From positions 41,952 through 105,951 of IMG/VR virus record IMGVR_UViG_3300002461_000323: a stretch of 64,000 bases of DNA; one strand, given 5' to 3'. The notes below the pieces were generated by a model. That model was not told the origin of the DNA. It made no database searches and saw only the letters and a program-made list of their open reading frames with translations. The translations under genes and the position numbers were made by a program. This stretch comes from a virus. This document shows, piece by piece, positions 63,756 to 64,000 of the stretch (positions are counted from its first letter, which is position 1; each line of letters opens with the position of its first letter).

Positions 63756-64000
63756 CTACGCAAACTTTGACTGAACGTGTGATCGCTGTGCTCGAACGAG
63801 CAGGCAACGGCTTGAAGTGGTACCGGGACAACATTCCGGCAGCCGACTCCCAGGCTGATGACGAGATGATGGACGAGATCGCGCAGGTGCTTGCCGCTCT
63901 TGCAGACCAGCCTGGAGCGGTGGCCGCCAAGAACAACGATGTTGACCGACTGCTGCGCCAAGTCTTCTTGCTGTGTGAAGCCGTCGAAGACCTTCCTGAG
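63752..64000 (+). CDS. partial hypothetical protein (runs off the window)
   Basis: AAGGAG SD and an open frame to the end. Confidence 0.5.
   Translation, partial: MTTQTLTERVIAVLERAGNGLKWYRDNIPAADSQADDEMMDEIAQVLAALADQPGAVAAKNNDVDRLLRQVFLLCEAVEDLPE

Noticed and set aside
230-63961. Numerous long minus-strand and alternative-frame ORFs in the track (e.g. 641..2104, 33778..35307, 49489..50928)
   Set aside because: They are antisense or frame shadows of high-GC genes with strong third-position bias. They have no SDs or recognisable motifs, and the + strand is already tiled by coupled genes.

Overview
A 64 kb piece of a high-GC tailed phage genome. The host is Gram-negative, as shown by an embedded Rz/Rz1 spanin pair. 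Essentially all credible genes lie on the + strand and many are translationally coupled (ATGA/TGATG overlaps). Gene order: tail/virion genes (1-21 kb); lysis cassette (21-24.7 kb); sigma70-driven early genes (24.7-32 kb); a lambda-like replication/recombination block with an initiator containing an iteron origin, DnaB, primase, SSB, SF2 helicase, RecA, nucleases and MazG (32-45.5 kb); two highly structured non-coding segments (45.5-46.3 kb); terminase (46.8-49.5 kb); a PAPS-reductase/GNAT/triple-ParB/degenerate C5-MTase cluster (49.5-54 kb); and many small early genes (54-64 kb). No capsid, portal, DNA polymerase, integrase, tRNA or CRISPR array was seen. The strongest unexplained signal is a 14-bp palindrome (consensus TGCAATCGATTGCA, i.e. 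TGCAA-N4-TTGCA). I found about 32 copies spread fairly evenly through the whole window, mostly inside genes and in all three reading frames. Four copies sit just upstream of -35 boxes, and a degenerate form overlaps the Shine-Dalgarno of several early genes. All calls come from reading the sequence and motifs by eye; no database searches were run.
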